Shown here in pieces: positions 1-14,813 of a DNA stretch of 64,000 bases. Made by a program: the position numbers and the translations under genes. Position 1 is the stretch's first letter. Every line of letters begins with the position of its first letter. Below the pieces are notes generated by a model, which was given only the letters and a program-made list of their open reading frames with translations, had not been told where the DNA came from and searched no databases. This stretch comes from Eledone cirrhosa. Lineage: Eukaryota. The DNA is taken from assembly GCA_964016885.1 (NCBI GenBank), contig OZ024742.1, forward strand, positions 259,346,001-259,410,000, in the 5' to 3' direction.

Positions 1-880
1 TTATAATAATAGGATATAACAAACCAGGAAATGACACTTAGAACCGGGGAACAAAAATATGTTACACTGTGTTATTGTAAATATTTTTGTAAGATCGGGA
101 TATACACGTTTCGGACTTGTTATGGTTTGTCGGAAAAGCATAAACTTTATTGTATTTTGCGAAGTAGTGATGGACGAATCAAGTCAATATAGAATAATTA
201 AAATATTTGGAATAGAATAATAGAATTCTTGGCTTAGAGAATAAATAAGTCAGACATGCCAAAAACGTGCAAAGCGACAGCTAAGTTGTGACATTTTTTG
301 ATTAGAAGAGTATTTATTTTACGTCTAACTAGAAACACACTTTAGGCGTTAGAATAAATTTGCAACTGTGGAATGAATTGTTACATTTGTATGAATAAGT
401 ATTCATTGCTTCCAGCATATATCGCAAAATCTTTGTTGTGAGGGATGGTAATCTGTTAGTAGGGTTTCAAGTAATCATTAAATTAAGCTTTGTTTTGAAA
501 ATATCTACAACACTACGTATATATAGAGCAAAGTTGCACACGGAAAAAAAATATGTAGGACGAATGAACAAAAGCATACAAGTTCCTAATTAACAGCCCC
601 TCGGGAAATGCAGTTTTGTGCATAAATGTGGTAGTGCATGGTATTCAGTGCACATTGCACAATGGCTCTGAACAAACCACGGGAAAGTTGTATGGGAGAC
701 ATAACATCAACACACAGACGAAAGAACAAGTGAGTGTCTGTCGAAGAGGAGAGAAAGACTAGTTAGTAATCAAATATTGAGAAAAACACTTACGCCTGGA
801 AAAATGCCAGATCACGGTGGAGACAAATTTTGCAAATGTTAACGCCAGAAGAGGGGATATAAATATATATATACATATAT

Positions 881-1480
881 ATAATTGAATAAACAAGACA
901 GATGAACACTAATATAAACATACATGTGTTCGAATCGTATGGACCAAATAATTGTTAGAGATTACCCTGCGTTCTTAACTCGTTATATATTTGTCGGCTC
1001 CATCATGTAGAGCTAATTTTTATTGTCCTGTCAGCTAGGCTGCTATTTTTAGCGGCAGGGAATTTCGAGCCAAGCTGGGTTCCGAATGACACGTGCAATA
1101 ATTCATACCGTACACAATTCATTCTCTAATATTTTTAGAAGTGAAAAGATCACTAATTTCTCAACAACTACTGAGGAGCAGAGAAACGTGAGAACTTCAC
1201 TTAATAAGTCGTTAGTTGTTACCAGCCATTTTTGCCCAATATAGGTCTGTTATTTTTCTTAATTTTTCTTAATTTAATATTTAAAGTTAAGGATAACAAA
1301 CTATATTGGTGTAGTCAGTATTTTTTCACCCTAGCAAATTTGGTCCTTACGATTCGAACACATGTATGTTTATATTTGTGTTCATCTCTCTTGTTTATTC
1401 AATTATATTGTACGGCTCGGAAAACCTTTTTTCTTAGAGCTATTTAATTGTAAGAGACTACCCTGAGTCCTTAACTCATT
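881..1480. mobile_element. pLTR-like element with partial terminal inversion (family C)
   Basis: 881-948 is inverted relative to 1338-1406; homologous pieces at about 33230-33470, 33730-33990 and 43871-44350; degenerate HHR ACAACTA-CTGAGGA...GAAAC...TAGTTGT at about 1164-1219. Confidence 0.65.
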
Positions 1481-1481
1481 A

Positions 1482-1550
<69 letters not shown>

Positions 1551-1573
1551 TTGTGTGTGTGTATATATGTATG

Positions 1574-1633
<60 letters not shown>

Positions 1634-1643
1634 GGTTTGTATG

Positions 1644-1688
<45 letters not shown>

Positions 1689-1709
1689 CTGTGTGTTTGT
1701 ATGTATATG

Positions 1710-1744
<35 letters not shown>

Positions 1745-1767
1745 GTGTGTGTGTATGTATGTGTATG

Positions 1768-1807
<40 letters not shown>

Positions 1808-1828
1808 TGTGTGTATGTATATGTATAT

Positions 1829-1872
<44 letters not shown>

Positions 1873-1930
1873 ATGTTTGTATATGTTTATATATATGTGT
1901 GTGTGTGTGTATGTATATAGATATGTATAT

Positions 1931-2468
1931 TATGTCGGGTCACTCTTGAGTGCTACTGGTAACATGTAACCCAGTACAACCTGTCGTATACTCGGGTCGT
2001 CGGCCACAAAACCGGCAACCCCACCAAGTTTACTTGGTGAGGAGAGTGATTTCGGACACCCTGCAGGACAAAAAAAACAAAACCTGACAAAGCGCAGAAG
2101 AACTCATAAGACTCAACGGCCATCCAAAAGTGTGTAAATATGTATATACACATGTACCGCGCGGTTAAACCACTGGGACGGAAGGACCCATAGCCTTTGT
2201 CAGGGCATTCTTCTAGGAGAAGACAACTCACGAAACTGGGATAACTCCGATATAAACCTGCAGCTCAGTAGTTACCGATGATGTTGTTCTTTTCCTCTGT
2301 TTGGGTTATAGCTACTGTCGCTCAGAGAGTGGGATTGGCTCAGTGCACAGTCTTTCGTCACTTTAAAAAATATCTTCACGCACAGGCATTGTACGATAGA
2401 ATTAATTAATAATTATTAATAGTGATATATCATGCAATAGCCATACTCGATAACGAGGGGGCAGCCAT
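1931..2468 (+). mobile_element. Probable 5' UTR fragment of an RTE-like LINE
   Basis: Non-coding island between TA tracts with GGGCATTCTTCTAGGAGAAGACAACTC, which resembles my recollection of RTE 5'UTR motifs; not verified. Confidence 0.35.
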
Positions 2469-3422
<954 letters not shown>

Positions 3423-3547
3423 TAGGAGGTGAGTTTTATTGTAGTACAATAAAGCAATGCAGATATCGGATAAGAAGCACTCTACAGTTTGTAGGACTGG
3501 AGTATGCATAATATAAGATCAAAAGATGGTTAAAGGAGTTCCATGTA

Positions 3548-3614
3548 TTTTATTATGCGCATTTCAAAAACAAACATCATCATGCAATAATATTTGTGTT
3601 TTCATCAGATAAAA
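3548..3614 (-). ncRNA. Hammerhead, mirror copy of 5203
   Basis: Same motif on the other palindrome arm. Confidence 0.82.
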
Positions 3615-5202
3615 CAGGAGAACATGATATGAAGGCTAAAAAACACTTGTGGATAATGCAGTTTTAAATCTACATATGAAAAGTGGTTTTAGATTGATGT
3701 GTGATATTGGGAAAAATATTTTATTTAGAAAGGGGGGGGGGGTGAAAAAGGGGGAGGAGATGAGAGGGAGAGATGGGTGATAGAGAGAAAGAGATAGCTT
3801 TTATAACTGAGAGGAGATATACTGTCCCACACAGAGAGGTTGAAAACCGTTGGAAGATAATGTATAAACCCCAAAATAATTTTGAAAATCAACGAAAGGA
3901 GGATATGTGCGAGGAAAAAGTATTTTATTTAAGGAGGGGGGCTGGAAAGGATGAAAAAAAGGGGGAGGAGATGAGAGTGAAGGTGGAGAGGGAGAGATGG
4001 GCGATAGAGAGAAAGAGATAGTTTTTATAACTGAGAGAAAGATACATTGCCTTACACAGAGAGGTTGAGAAATCGTTGGAAGATAATGTATAAATTAAAG
4101 GAATTTGAAAATTAACGAAGGGAATTTATGTATGAAGATAGAGAGAAGAAATAATAATTGTGGATGAATATTCTAACGTCAAAAAAAGGGTATGTTGTGG
4201 CAATTTCAAAATTAACGAAGAGAAAAATTATTAAGGTTTGTGTGTAGAAGGATTTGAGAAAAATAATGTGAAGTTAAAGTTTGTATATTGGAGGAATTGA
4301 TAATATATGCGAATAGAGTTAATATGTATTAAGAATGAGTTCGTTGATGGGGAGAAAAAAAAAAATAAATAAATTAAGGATGAAATTGAGATTAATTGAG
4401 ATTAATCTCAATTTCATCCTTAATTGAGATTAATCTCAATTTCATCCTTAATTTATTTTTTTTCTCCCCATCAACGAACTCATTCTTAATATATATTAAC
4501 TCTATTCGCATATATTATCAATTCCTCCAATATACAAACTTTAACTTCACATTATTTTTCTCAAATCCTTCTACACATCCTTAATAATTTTTCGCTTCGT
4601 TAATTTTGAAATTGCCACAACATACCCTTTTTTTGACGTTAGAATATTCATCCACAATTATTATTTCTTCTCTCTATCTTCATACATAAATTCCCTTCGT
4701 TAATTTTCAAATTCCTTTAATTTATACATTATCTTCCAACGGTTTCTCAACCTCTCTGTGTAAGGCAATGTATCTTTCTCTCAGTTATAAAAACTATCTC
4801 TTTCTCTCTATCGCCCATCTCTCCCTCTCCACCTTCACTCTCATCTCCTCCCCCTTTTTTTCATCCTTTCCAGCCCCCCTCCTTAAATAAAATACTTTTT
4901 CCTCGCACATATCCTCCTTTCGTTGATTTTCAAAAATTTTTTGGGGTTTATACATTATCTTCCAACGGTTTTCAACCTCTCTGTCTGGGACAGTATATCT
5001 CCTCTCAGTTATAAAAGCTATCTCTTTCTCTCTATCACCCATCTCTCCCTCTCATCTCCTCCCCCTTTTTCATCCTTCCCCCCCCCTCTCTAAATAAAAT
5101 ATTTTCCCAATATCACACATCAATCTAAAACCACTTTTCATATGTAGATTTAAAACTGCACTATCCACAAGTGTTTTTTAGCCTTCATATCATGTTCTCC
5201 TG

Positions 5203-5269
5203 TTTTATCTGATGAAAACACAAATATTATTGCCTGATGATGTTTGTTTTTGAAATGCGCATAATAAAA
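5203..5269 (+). ncRNA. Hammerhead in pLTR
   Basis: TTTTAT-CTGATGA-long stem II-GAAA-TGCGCATA-ATAAAA; palindromic stem III ATGCGCAT. Confidence 0.82.
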
Positions 5270-5301
5270 TACATGGAACTCCTTTAACCATCTTTTGATC
5301 T

Positions 5302-5334
<33 letters not shown>

Positions 5335-5339
5335 CTGTA

Positions 5340-5373
<34 letters not shown>

Positions 5374-5442
5374 CTGTATATATGTATATATATATATATA
5401 TATATACTGTATATATGTATATATATATATATATATACTGTA

Positions 5443-5476
<34 letters not shown>

Positions 5477-5623
5477 CTGTATATATATATATATATATAT
5501 ATACTGTATATATGTATATATATATATATATATACTGTATATATGTATATATATATATATATATACACTGTATATATGTATATATATATATATACTGTAT
5601 ATATATATATATATATATATATA

Positions 5624-5833
<210 letters not shown>

Positions 5834-6021
5834 TGTATATATGTATGTATATATATATATATATATATATAAGGATTAAAATACTGGAGCGTGTTGGAGT
5901 TAAACACGCTCTTCGTATTATAGAAATGACAGTAAAAGGTATAGCTCAATGTAATTAAACAGAGCCGGTGAATTATGAAAATAAAACAAAGAAGCCTTCA
6001 ATACATCAAAAGTCTTTATTA

Positions 6022-6059
6022 GCCAACAATGTTTTGTCCTATTAAGGACTCATCAGGGC
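6022..6059 (-). ncRNA. Minimal hammerhead with G12A (probably inactive)
   Basis: GCC-CTGATGA-GTCC-TTAATA-GGAC-AAAA-CATTG-TT-GGC. Confidence 0.65.
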
Positions 6060-7768
6060 AATTAAAACTACAAGAAGCACTATCGGCCAATACAAGCCGA
6101 AAACTTGAAGAATATGGAGTGTACATACACTAAAGTATTGGATGATTATGGGTAAAAATATATAATAAAAATCACTAAGGAGGTGGATAACATTTTGAAC
6201 CATATTACAAATATAGTCCAAAGCAAAAAACTAGAGCTAAACAAAGGTGGTTATATAGAGCGGAAATTATAGTACTATATGTAATACAATATAATATAAT
6301 ATAATATACTTGTAACAATATTAAAATTAAAATTAAAATTAAAAGGCACAATATACATATGTATATATATACACACACGTACGCACATATAAATATACAT
6401 CAATACACATTTCCATCATTAACAGTACAAATTAAACCTTATTAAGAGTTTAAATATAAATAAGCATAATAGGAATAAAAATAAAAATACAAAATAATAC
6501 GTATATATAATATACAGTATAGCATGAAGTAATGAAATGAAATGATTAAAAGTAAAACATATAATATATAATAAACTATATAATTATATACTATATAATA
6601 TAATATAATAGATAATCTCCGGTTAATTTACACAAACAATATAGATGTCACAATAACACTATAATAATAATATAATAATATATAATGGCATGTAAGTTAA
6701 CAAATCAATTCATATAGAGTTACAGAATAGGTGAGAAAAAAATATATATTGTACAATACCAAAATCAAAATTATGATGGTACAAAAATATAAACATCTTA
6801 CGGAATATATAAAATATAACATATCATAATGGTTCATAAAATCATCGGTAAGTAACAAAGATCAATATTACATTTACAGAGAGTTGAATAACAATAATAA
6901 TGAACATAATATTATATATAATTACTTATAATTACAAGGTTGGTAAACAGACACATATGTGAATGAGTGAATAAGGGCCAGACAGAAAATATTATACACA
7001 GTAGTATTAATAAATAAATAAATAAAATCGACCGGAAATCAAAAAAACAAAAACAAAAGTATTTACTTAGGTCTCACATGCAGTTAAGTAAAAACTTAGG
7101 AAACAACCCGGATAAATGACTAGAAAACCCTATTTGATAAATTAATATTAAAAATATTTAAAATACTTAATAAGGCAATACAATATTAGCTATGGTTTAA
7201 GTAATCAAAATCGCTAAACATTAAGATATCAACTATAAATATATATAGAAAGGAATGAGATATTCTACTATCATTTACATAACGTTATCTAATAAACTGA
7301 CTTAAGTAGAATTATGGTAGGCTAATGTGGACAGAAAAAAAGAAATGTATGGAAGGTACAAAGGAGCATAAAATCATAATCAATATACTGTATTATATAA
7401 TAGAAAGGAGCATAAAAAAGGGGATTAAATATAATCATAATATATTTGAAGGGGTTAGCAATAAGTTTATGTGTGCATGAGGGGGGAGGAAGGAGTGCAG
7501 GGGGGGGGGGTAGTTATCCAAAGAAGAATCCAAATAAAATAAAATAAAATGAAATAAAATAATATAAAATATATAATCAGATATATACTTATAAGGTGTT
7601 AATAGTGAAAATTTAATGTGTAAGAAGATAGATATGGTATAGTAGCCAAAAGATTATGAGAGCTAGAATAAAAAGTTGTCAAAAATCAAAGATAATAATG
7701 ATGATAATAATGGTGGTAAACAAAATGAACCTAAACTAAACTAAAAAATAAGTAATGGAATATATCAG

Positions 7769-9000
7769 CTAATGGATACAGTTTACACTACTAGAACCTT
7801 TAGGTTTATAATAAAAGTAAGAATTAGAAATAGCGTGGGGGAAAGAAGAGAATATCTCAAACTTTCTATTAAGTAAGGATTCCCTAGAGAAAATTATAGA
7901 GTGTGTCTCAAGGATACAGAGATTACAAAATTTAGTATGTGTAGAAAGGTTATTAGAGCGTGCTACTAAACGCCAATTAAGGCTATATGGTATATTAGCC
8001 CCCTTAAGATCCCAGATATAGTGTGCTAAAGAAGTAGAATTCTTAAACTTAACATGTTTGAAATTAGAGATATGAGAATTAAACCTAGTCTTAAAAGTGT
8101 TAGATGTAGAGCCTATATATGTTCTATTAGAGGAATTAGTTATAACTACACAAGCATAAACGATGTTCTTAGAGAGGCAGTTACCGTTTAAAGGGCAGTT
8201 AGCACTCACTCTACAGTTACACTTCCGGGTGCTATTGATTGGCTGAAGTGGTGATGCATTACGCGTAGGATTAGTATTGGATAAAGTCTGCTCTGGTGGT
8301 AAGGCATTTGCAGATCTGTTCTGACTAGTAGTATGTAGAGGAGTATCCATCCCTAATTTTCCTATTGTTAGTGCTAGCTAAATGAGAACTAATATTAGGG
8401 GTGGTAGAGAATGAAAGTTTAATTACATTTTTATTAAAAATACTATGGTATTTATGAGAAGGGGGGAAATGTTTCTCTAAGATAGAAAAGAAAGACCTAG
8501 GGATATTAGTTAATACTTCCTGATTATATGGCGGGTTAAAATAAGCATTTAGTCTCCTTCTATTTTTTATCCTTTCCGACTCTACCATTATCCAATATCC
8601 CATTATTAAGACTAGGGTTACTACAAGGATTAGTTAAAACCACATTATTAGAATCAGCCGAAATTCCATTAAGTCTCTTTCTGTTTCTACTTTTAGTATA
8701 TCTGCTGCTGTCTGGAATCCTATCAAAAGGATTAGGGCCAATAATAGGATCAGTAGAAACAACATTATTAGAATTAGATCTAGCAAAAGCATCACCAATG
8801 AGTGAGCGCTCAGAGGGTTCGACTTCATTCCTAGAGGTATTAGATTCCCTACTACGAGTACGGTGGGTTAACCTATGGATGGGTTCAGATACACCTATGT
8901 AATTTATACGATTATTATGCTTCCTACTCCCATTCATGGCCATATTATGGGATATTATGTTATTATTATTATAAGTAAGCGGAGACATTCTAAGGTTACT
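7769..9000 (-). pseudogene. PLE fragment (linker + GIY-YIG), frameshifted
   Basis: ORF 8325-8603 has YFNPPY...EKHFPPSHKY...IKLSFSTTPNI. ORF 7769-8350 has CNCRVSANCPLNGNC...IVYAC...TYIGST...FKTRFNSH...CNLCILE. Confidence 0.88.
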
Positions 9001-9022
9001 ATTATATATATACATATATACA

Positions 9023-9074
<52 letters not shown>

Positions 9075-9146
9075 TGTATATATGTATATATATATATATA
9101 AATATATATATACTGTATATATGTATATATATATATATATACTGTA

Positions 9147-9230
<84 letters not shown>

Positions 9231-9358
9231 TGTATATATGTATATATATATATATATATATATACTGTATATATGTATATATATATATATATATATATAC
9301 TGTATATATGTATATATATATATATATACTGTATATATATATATATATATATACTGTA

Positions 9359-9401
<43 letters not shown>

Positions 9402-9465
9402 TGTATATATGTATATATATATATACTGTATATATGTATATATATATATATACTGTATATATATG

Positions 9466-9497
<32 letters not shown>

Positions 9498-9526
9498 AAC
9501 TGTATATATATATATATATATATATA

Positions 9527-9587
<61 letters not shown>

Positions 9588-9955
9588 TGTGTATATATGT
9601 ATATATGTATTATTCTGATAAGAATGTGGTTTTACTCTTATTCATGTCGAGGAAAAGTACAGTACGGGTAAGAGGATAAAGAGAAACCTCGCCCTCATTC
9701 CTCATCATAAGGCTTTATCTCAATAATCACAGCCACATTTGTATTGAAGCGATTCCCAAAAGTATCCATTTTTCATAGTCTTCCAGAAGATCCCGTTAAG
9801 GTCGAAAGCAGCGATTATTTGCTTAAACTTTAATCTGTTGTTTTAATAATTATTTGCTCTAAGGTTTTTTTATATATTTTAATATATTTTTATATATATT
9901 TTATCTTTATCCAGCCCTCTTTGTATTTTAGTCTTCACATTTATTATTATATGTA

Positions 9956-10146
9956 GGGCGGTGGATTGGCAGTATCGGTAGAGGGTCGGACGCCATGCTT
10001 TCCAGCATAGTTACGTCCCTTTACGATCTGAGTTCAAATCCCGCCGAGGTTGACTTTGCCTTTCATCCTTACGGGGTCGATAAAATAAAGTACAGGAATG
10101 CACTGGGTAATTGCTTACCTTGTGCCTAAAGTAGAAACAATTATTA
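9956..10146 (+). mobile_element. tRNA-derived SINE (family S1)
   Basis: A-box TGGCAGTATCGG, B-box GAGTTCAAATCC, core GCCTTTCATCCTTACGGGGTCGATAAA; many near-identical copies in the window. Confidence 0.88.
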
Positions 10147-10290
10147 CTATATTTACATATATATATATATATATATATATAGTGGTGGAACACTGGAAGT
10201 TAATATCTGTAGTGGTAGAGCATTCAGTCCATGGGACGAGTTAGATAGAAGTGGTTACACAAACGTTAGTTCACCATAACCATGCCCATT

Positions 10291-10330
10291 CCGAGCTGAG
10301 GATCCGCTAAGGTGAAACAATTGTTCTCGG
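10291..10330 (+). ncRNA. 40-nt minimal hammerhead
   Basis: CCGAG-CTGAGGA-TCC-GCTAA-GGT-GAAA-CAATTG-TT-CTCGG. Confidence 0.8.
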
Positions 10331-10358
10331 TATGGTAAACTAACTGTTGTGTAACCAC

Positions 10359-10392
<34 letters not shown>

Positions 10393-10547
10393 TTATAGAT
10401 ATGTAAATACATATGCATATATATATACATATATATATATATAATCAATGATATTATATCATTTTTCCTTATACTTTCACTCGTATAGGATACAACATTT
10501 TTTTTCATTTTGTAAAAAAATAAACATCACTTTTTAATATATGTATA

Positions 10548-10618
<71 letters not shown>

Positions 10619-10769
10619 ATATATATATGTATACATATATTAGAAACATCGAAACGGCTTGAGCTCAGCCGTCAGGGTCCTACTCGTTCCTATTACCCAC
10701 TCTACTACCCTAAGTATTGAGTACTTTGGTGCGTTATGGTCCATCTGGTTCCTTGCCACATTTCCTTCG

Positions 10770-10815
<46 letters not shown>

Positions 10816-11393
10816 CGAAGGAAATGTATATATATATATATGAAAAGTGTAAGTTTCTACACAAAACGAAGGTTATAGAGAAAATTGAGGTTGGTAATGG
10901 CACATGGAATATATAAGAAACAGAATACTTTTTTGTGAAAAAACATAATTTTATAAGGTAAGGAAAGAATAAAGGGTATAAAAAATGACCGGTTTCGATG
11001 GGTCTGCAAAAGCCATCTTTTCAATTGTTGATTAATATTAAGAAAAATTAATAATAAGAGGAGTTAAAATTTGAGATTTGAAAATTCAAGTATAAAATTC
11101 AGTGTGGGATTTCATAGTAGTTTTCATCTTGGTAGCAGCAAGTTGACTGCTGTGTGTCCCTTTCTGGTAGTGAATGAGGAATTATTTGTGGGGAGTGGGT
11201 TTTTTTAATGTCAGATTTAGCAATGGCCAGATGGCCAGCTGCTGGTCAGTGAGGGGGTGGAATCAATATACATACATATATCTCCATGTGGTCGGTAGGA
11301 GAGGGGAGAGTGATAGAAAGGGATTTAGTGCACTTACACCTATATATACACATACCCTCATCCACACACACATACATATACATATACACACGC

Positions 11394-11428
<35 letters not shown>

Positions 11429-11901
11429 TACATACACACACGCATACATATACGTACACACATACACACACACACACATATACACATACACACACATATA
11501 TATACACACACACACACATATATATACATACACATACATCCAGATACACACATACATACACACACATACGCACACATACATACACATATATATATATATG
11601 TACATACACATATATACATATATATATATATATAAACACACACACATACATACACACACACATATATACATACACACATACAAACACACACACATATATA
11701 CACATACACATATATATACACACACACACACATATATATACATACACATACATCCAGATACACACATACATACACACACACACACATACATACACACATA
11801 CATCTACATGCACACACATACACACACACACATGCACATACATACACCCACACACATAGAGAAATGGCCTCCAAATATATATATATACATACATACACAT
11901 A

Positions 11902-12978
11902 GCCAATTGGAAAAGATATCTAGACGACTGCATTATCCTATGGCAAGAAGACATAAACTCACTTACTATGTTTAAAAACATGATAAACAACATAGATAAT
12001 AACATACAATTCACAATGGAATCCAATCCCAAGGAATTAGCCTTCTTGGATATTCTCATCTCTGTAATAGACGGGAAATTAGATACAGATATATTCTATA
12101 AACCCACAGATTCCAAGCAATACCTCTTTTTCACATCAAGTCACCCAAAACATATAAAACTTAACATTCCTTACAATTTGGCCAAACGTATATGTACCAT
12201 AGTATCAGATCCACCTAAACGGGAGCAAAGACTAAAGGAACTAAAATACACCCTTATCTTAAGAGCCTTTCCACTTGAAATAATCAACAATGGAATAGAC
12301 AGGGAAAAACCCATAATTCCCCATCAACTTAACAATCCAAAACAGAAAACCACACTCAACACCCTGCCATATGTATCCACTTTCAACCCCAGAAATACCG
12401 AAATGTTTGATCACCTACACAAAAACCTCCCCATCCTACTTAAAGATGTAAAAATGAAGTCTATTCTTGAAACACACAAGATCCTTAAAAGTAAAAGACA
12501 ACCCAAATCACTAAAACGCATTCTCACTGGACCAAATATACCCAAACCAATCATCAACCCTACAGTTACCAAATGTGGTAGAACAAACTGTGGAACGTGC
12601 CTCTACCTCACTGAAGGACAAACATTTACATTTAAAGATGGCCAAACATTTACAGTAAAAAACAATTTCACCTGCAACTCGGAGAACTTGATTTACGCAA
12701 TAACTTGCGGTGGGTGAAAACACAACTACATAGGACAGACGGGCATCTCATTACGCAAAAGAATGACCATCCACCGCCAACAAATCCGGGACGCTAACAC
12801 AAGAAAAATCCCCTTGAGCAGCCATATTGCTAACTGCGCAGGAATGACACTACCCAACTTTAAAATCTTCCCCTTCTACAAGTGCTCAGATTCGTTCACA
12901 CAGCAACAAAGAATAAACAAAGAAAATCTATTCCTTAACAAATTTAAACCAAAACTAAACGGGTTATCACCCCAATAG
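11902..12978 (+). pseudogene. 5'-truncated PLE (family A, Neptune-like): RT C-terminal half, Zn-finger linker and GIY-YIG, with one in-frame TGA
   Basis: Single frame ANWKRYLDDCIILW...AFLDILI...KPTDSKQYL...SSHP...KCGRTNCGTC...NLIYAITCGG*KHNYIGQTG...RMTIHR...KENLFL. The TGA is at 12715-12717, and ORF 12763-12978 is in the same frame. Confidence 0.9.
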
Positions 12979-13467
12979 AATTGTCATAAAATATAAACAC
13001 ACATACGCACGGAGTGACAGATATGTGTGTGTATGTGTGCATGTATATAATTATCACTACTATTAAAGACCAGAGACCAATTCTGTAGAATCAGGTTTAT
13101 TCGTTGACAGACCATGCCTTTGTGTGACCAACACATCCATGTTAAACCCTGCACGTGCACACACATATATCTATATATATATGCGCACACAAAATTCACC
13201 ACTGTCGGTTGCGGGGCCCAATCTACATGAAGAACTCAATGTGATCAGAATGACTTGTATTTTAATTTCACTGTTCTAACTTCTTATATTATGGAAAATA
13301 ATAATATGTATGTATATATATATATTTGGAGGCCATTTCTCTATATGTGTGGGTATATGTATGTGTATGTGTGTGTGTGTGTATGTGTGTGCATGTGGAT
13401 GTATGTATGTGTATGTATGTGTGTGTGTGTGTGTGTATGTATGTGTGTATCTGGATGTATGTGTATG

Positions 13468-13500
<33 letters not shown>

Positions 13501-13575
13501 GTGTGTGTATGTGTATATATGTGTGCGTGTGTTTGTATGTGTGTATGTATATATGTGTGTGTGTATGTATGTGTG

Positions 13576-13608
<33 letters not shown>

Positions 13609-14002
13609 GTGTGTGTATGTTTGTGTGTGTATATATATATATATGTATATGTATGTATATGTATATGTATGTGTGTGTGGATGAGGGTATGTGTATATAT
13701 AGGTGTAAGTGCACTAAATCCCTTTCTATCACTCTCCCCTCTCCTACCGACCACATGGAGATATATGTATGTATATTGCTTCCACCCCCTCACTGACCAG
13801 CAGCTGGCCATCTGGCCATTGCTAAATCTGACCTTAAAAAAACCCACTCCCCACAAATAATTCCTCATTCACTACCAGAAAGGGACGCACAGCAGTCAAC
13901 TTGCTGCTACCAAGATGAAAACTGCTATGAAATCCCACACTGAATTTTATACTTGAATTTTCAAATCTCAAATATTATTAATTTTTCTTAATATTAATCA
14001 AC

Positions 14003-14044
14003 ATTTGAAAAGATGGCTTTTGCAGACCCATCGAAACCGGTCAT
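14003..14044 (+). ncRNA. Family A minimal hammerhead (U3-A8); mirror copy at about 10985-11026 (-)
   Basis: TTGAAAA-GATGG-CTTTTGCAGAC-CCATC-GAAA-CCGG-TC; stem I is weak. Confidence 0.62.
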
Positions 14045-14454
14045 TTTTTATACCCTTTATTCTTTCCTTACCTTATATGTTTTTTCACAAAAAAGTATTC
14101 TGTCTCTTATATATTCCATGTGCCATTACCAACCTCAATTCTCTCTCTCTATCTATCTCTCTCTCTCTATATATATATATATACCAGTATATATATATAC
14201 ATATATATATACGCGGTGCCACAGCATGTCTCAGCTGGATGGCTGGAACAGGTAAAAGAGTAAAAGAGTATATATATATATACATATATATAAATATACA
14301 TATATACATTTATGTATATACATACATATAGGTATATATATATATATATATTTATTTATATATATACCTATATATACATATACATGTATATATATATACA
14401 TATATATACATATATGTATATATATATATATATATATACATATATTACCTTATG

Positions 14455-14557
<103 letters not shown>

Positions 14558-14575
14558 ATATATATATATACATAT

Positions 14576-14615
<40 letters not shown>

Positions 14616-14719
14616 AAGGAATTGTGGTAAGGAACCATAGATGGACCATAAGATGGACCATAACGCACTAAAGTACTGAATACTTAGGGTAGTAGAGTGG
14701 GTAATAGGAACAAGTATGA

Positions 14720-14813
14720 CCCTGACGGCAGAGCTCAAGCCGTTTCGATGTCTATTTCTGGACTAAATAAGAATTTTTAGCCTGGTAAATATATAGCCAA
14801 ACTTCTCAAGGGG
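14720..14813 (-). ncRNA. Family B hammerhead (U3-A8), slightly degenerate
   Basis: CCCC-TTGAGAA...GAAACGGCTTGAGCTCTGCCGTC-AGGG. Confidence 0.65.

Larger units (their letters stand above)
3508..5309. repeat. About 1.8-kb near-perfect palindrome (fold-back pLTR dimer)
   Basis: Arms of about 890 bp; mirror ORFs 3773-4021(+) and 4794-5042(-) are nearly identical; centre at about 4390-4430; homologous to about 46140-46868. Confidence 0.95.
5871..9000 (-). mobile_element. PLE with long AT-rich 3' region ending in an HHR-bearing terminus
   Basis: Bounded by TA tracts on both sides; HHR-like motif at 6022-6059 is on the same strand as the ORF. Confidence 0.65.
10883..14140 (+). mobile_element. Family A PLE insertion with long inverted pseudo-LTRs
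   Basis: About 10883-11895 is the reverse complement of about 13306-14140, including the degenerate CA/TG tract and the HHR. Confidence 0.88.

Noticed and set aside
3773-5042. Duplicated 82-aa ORF MGDREKEIAF...
   Set aside because: Antisense reading of a pyrimidine-rich PLE 3' region, duplicated by the palindrome.
9956-10040. tRNA gene
   Set aside because: A/B boxes only, no cloverleaf; it is a multi-copy SINE head.
12979-13960. SECIS candidates (ATGA...AA...GA near 13250 and 13915)
   Set aside because: Helix II pairing is poor in both.
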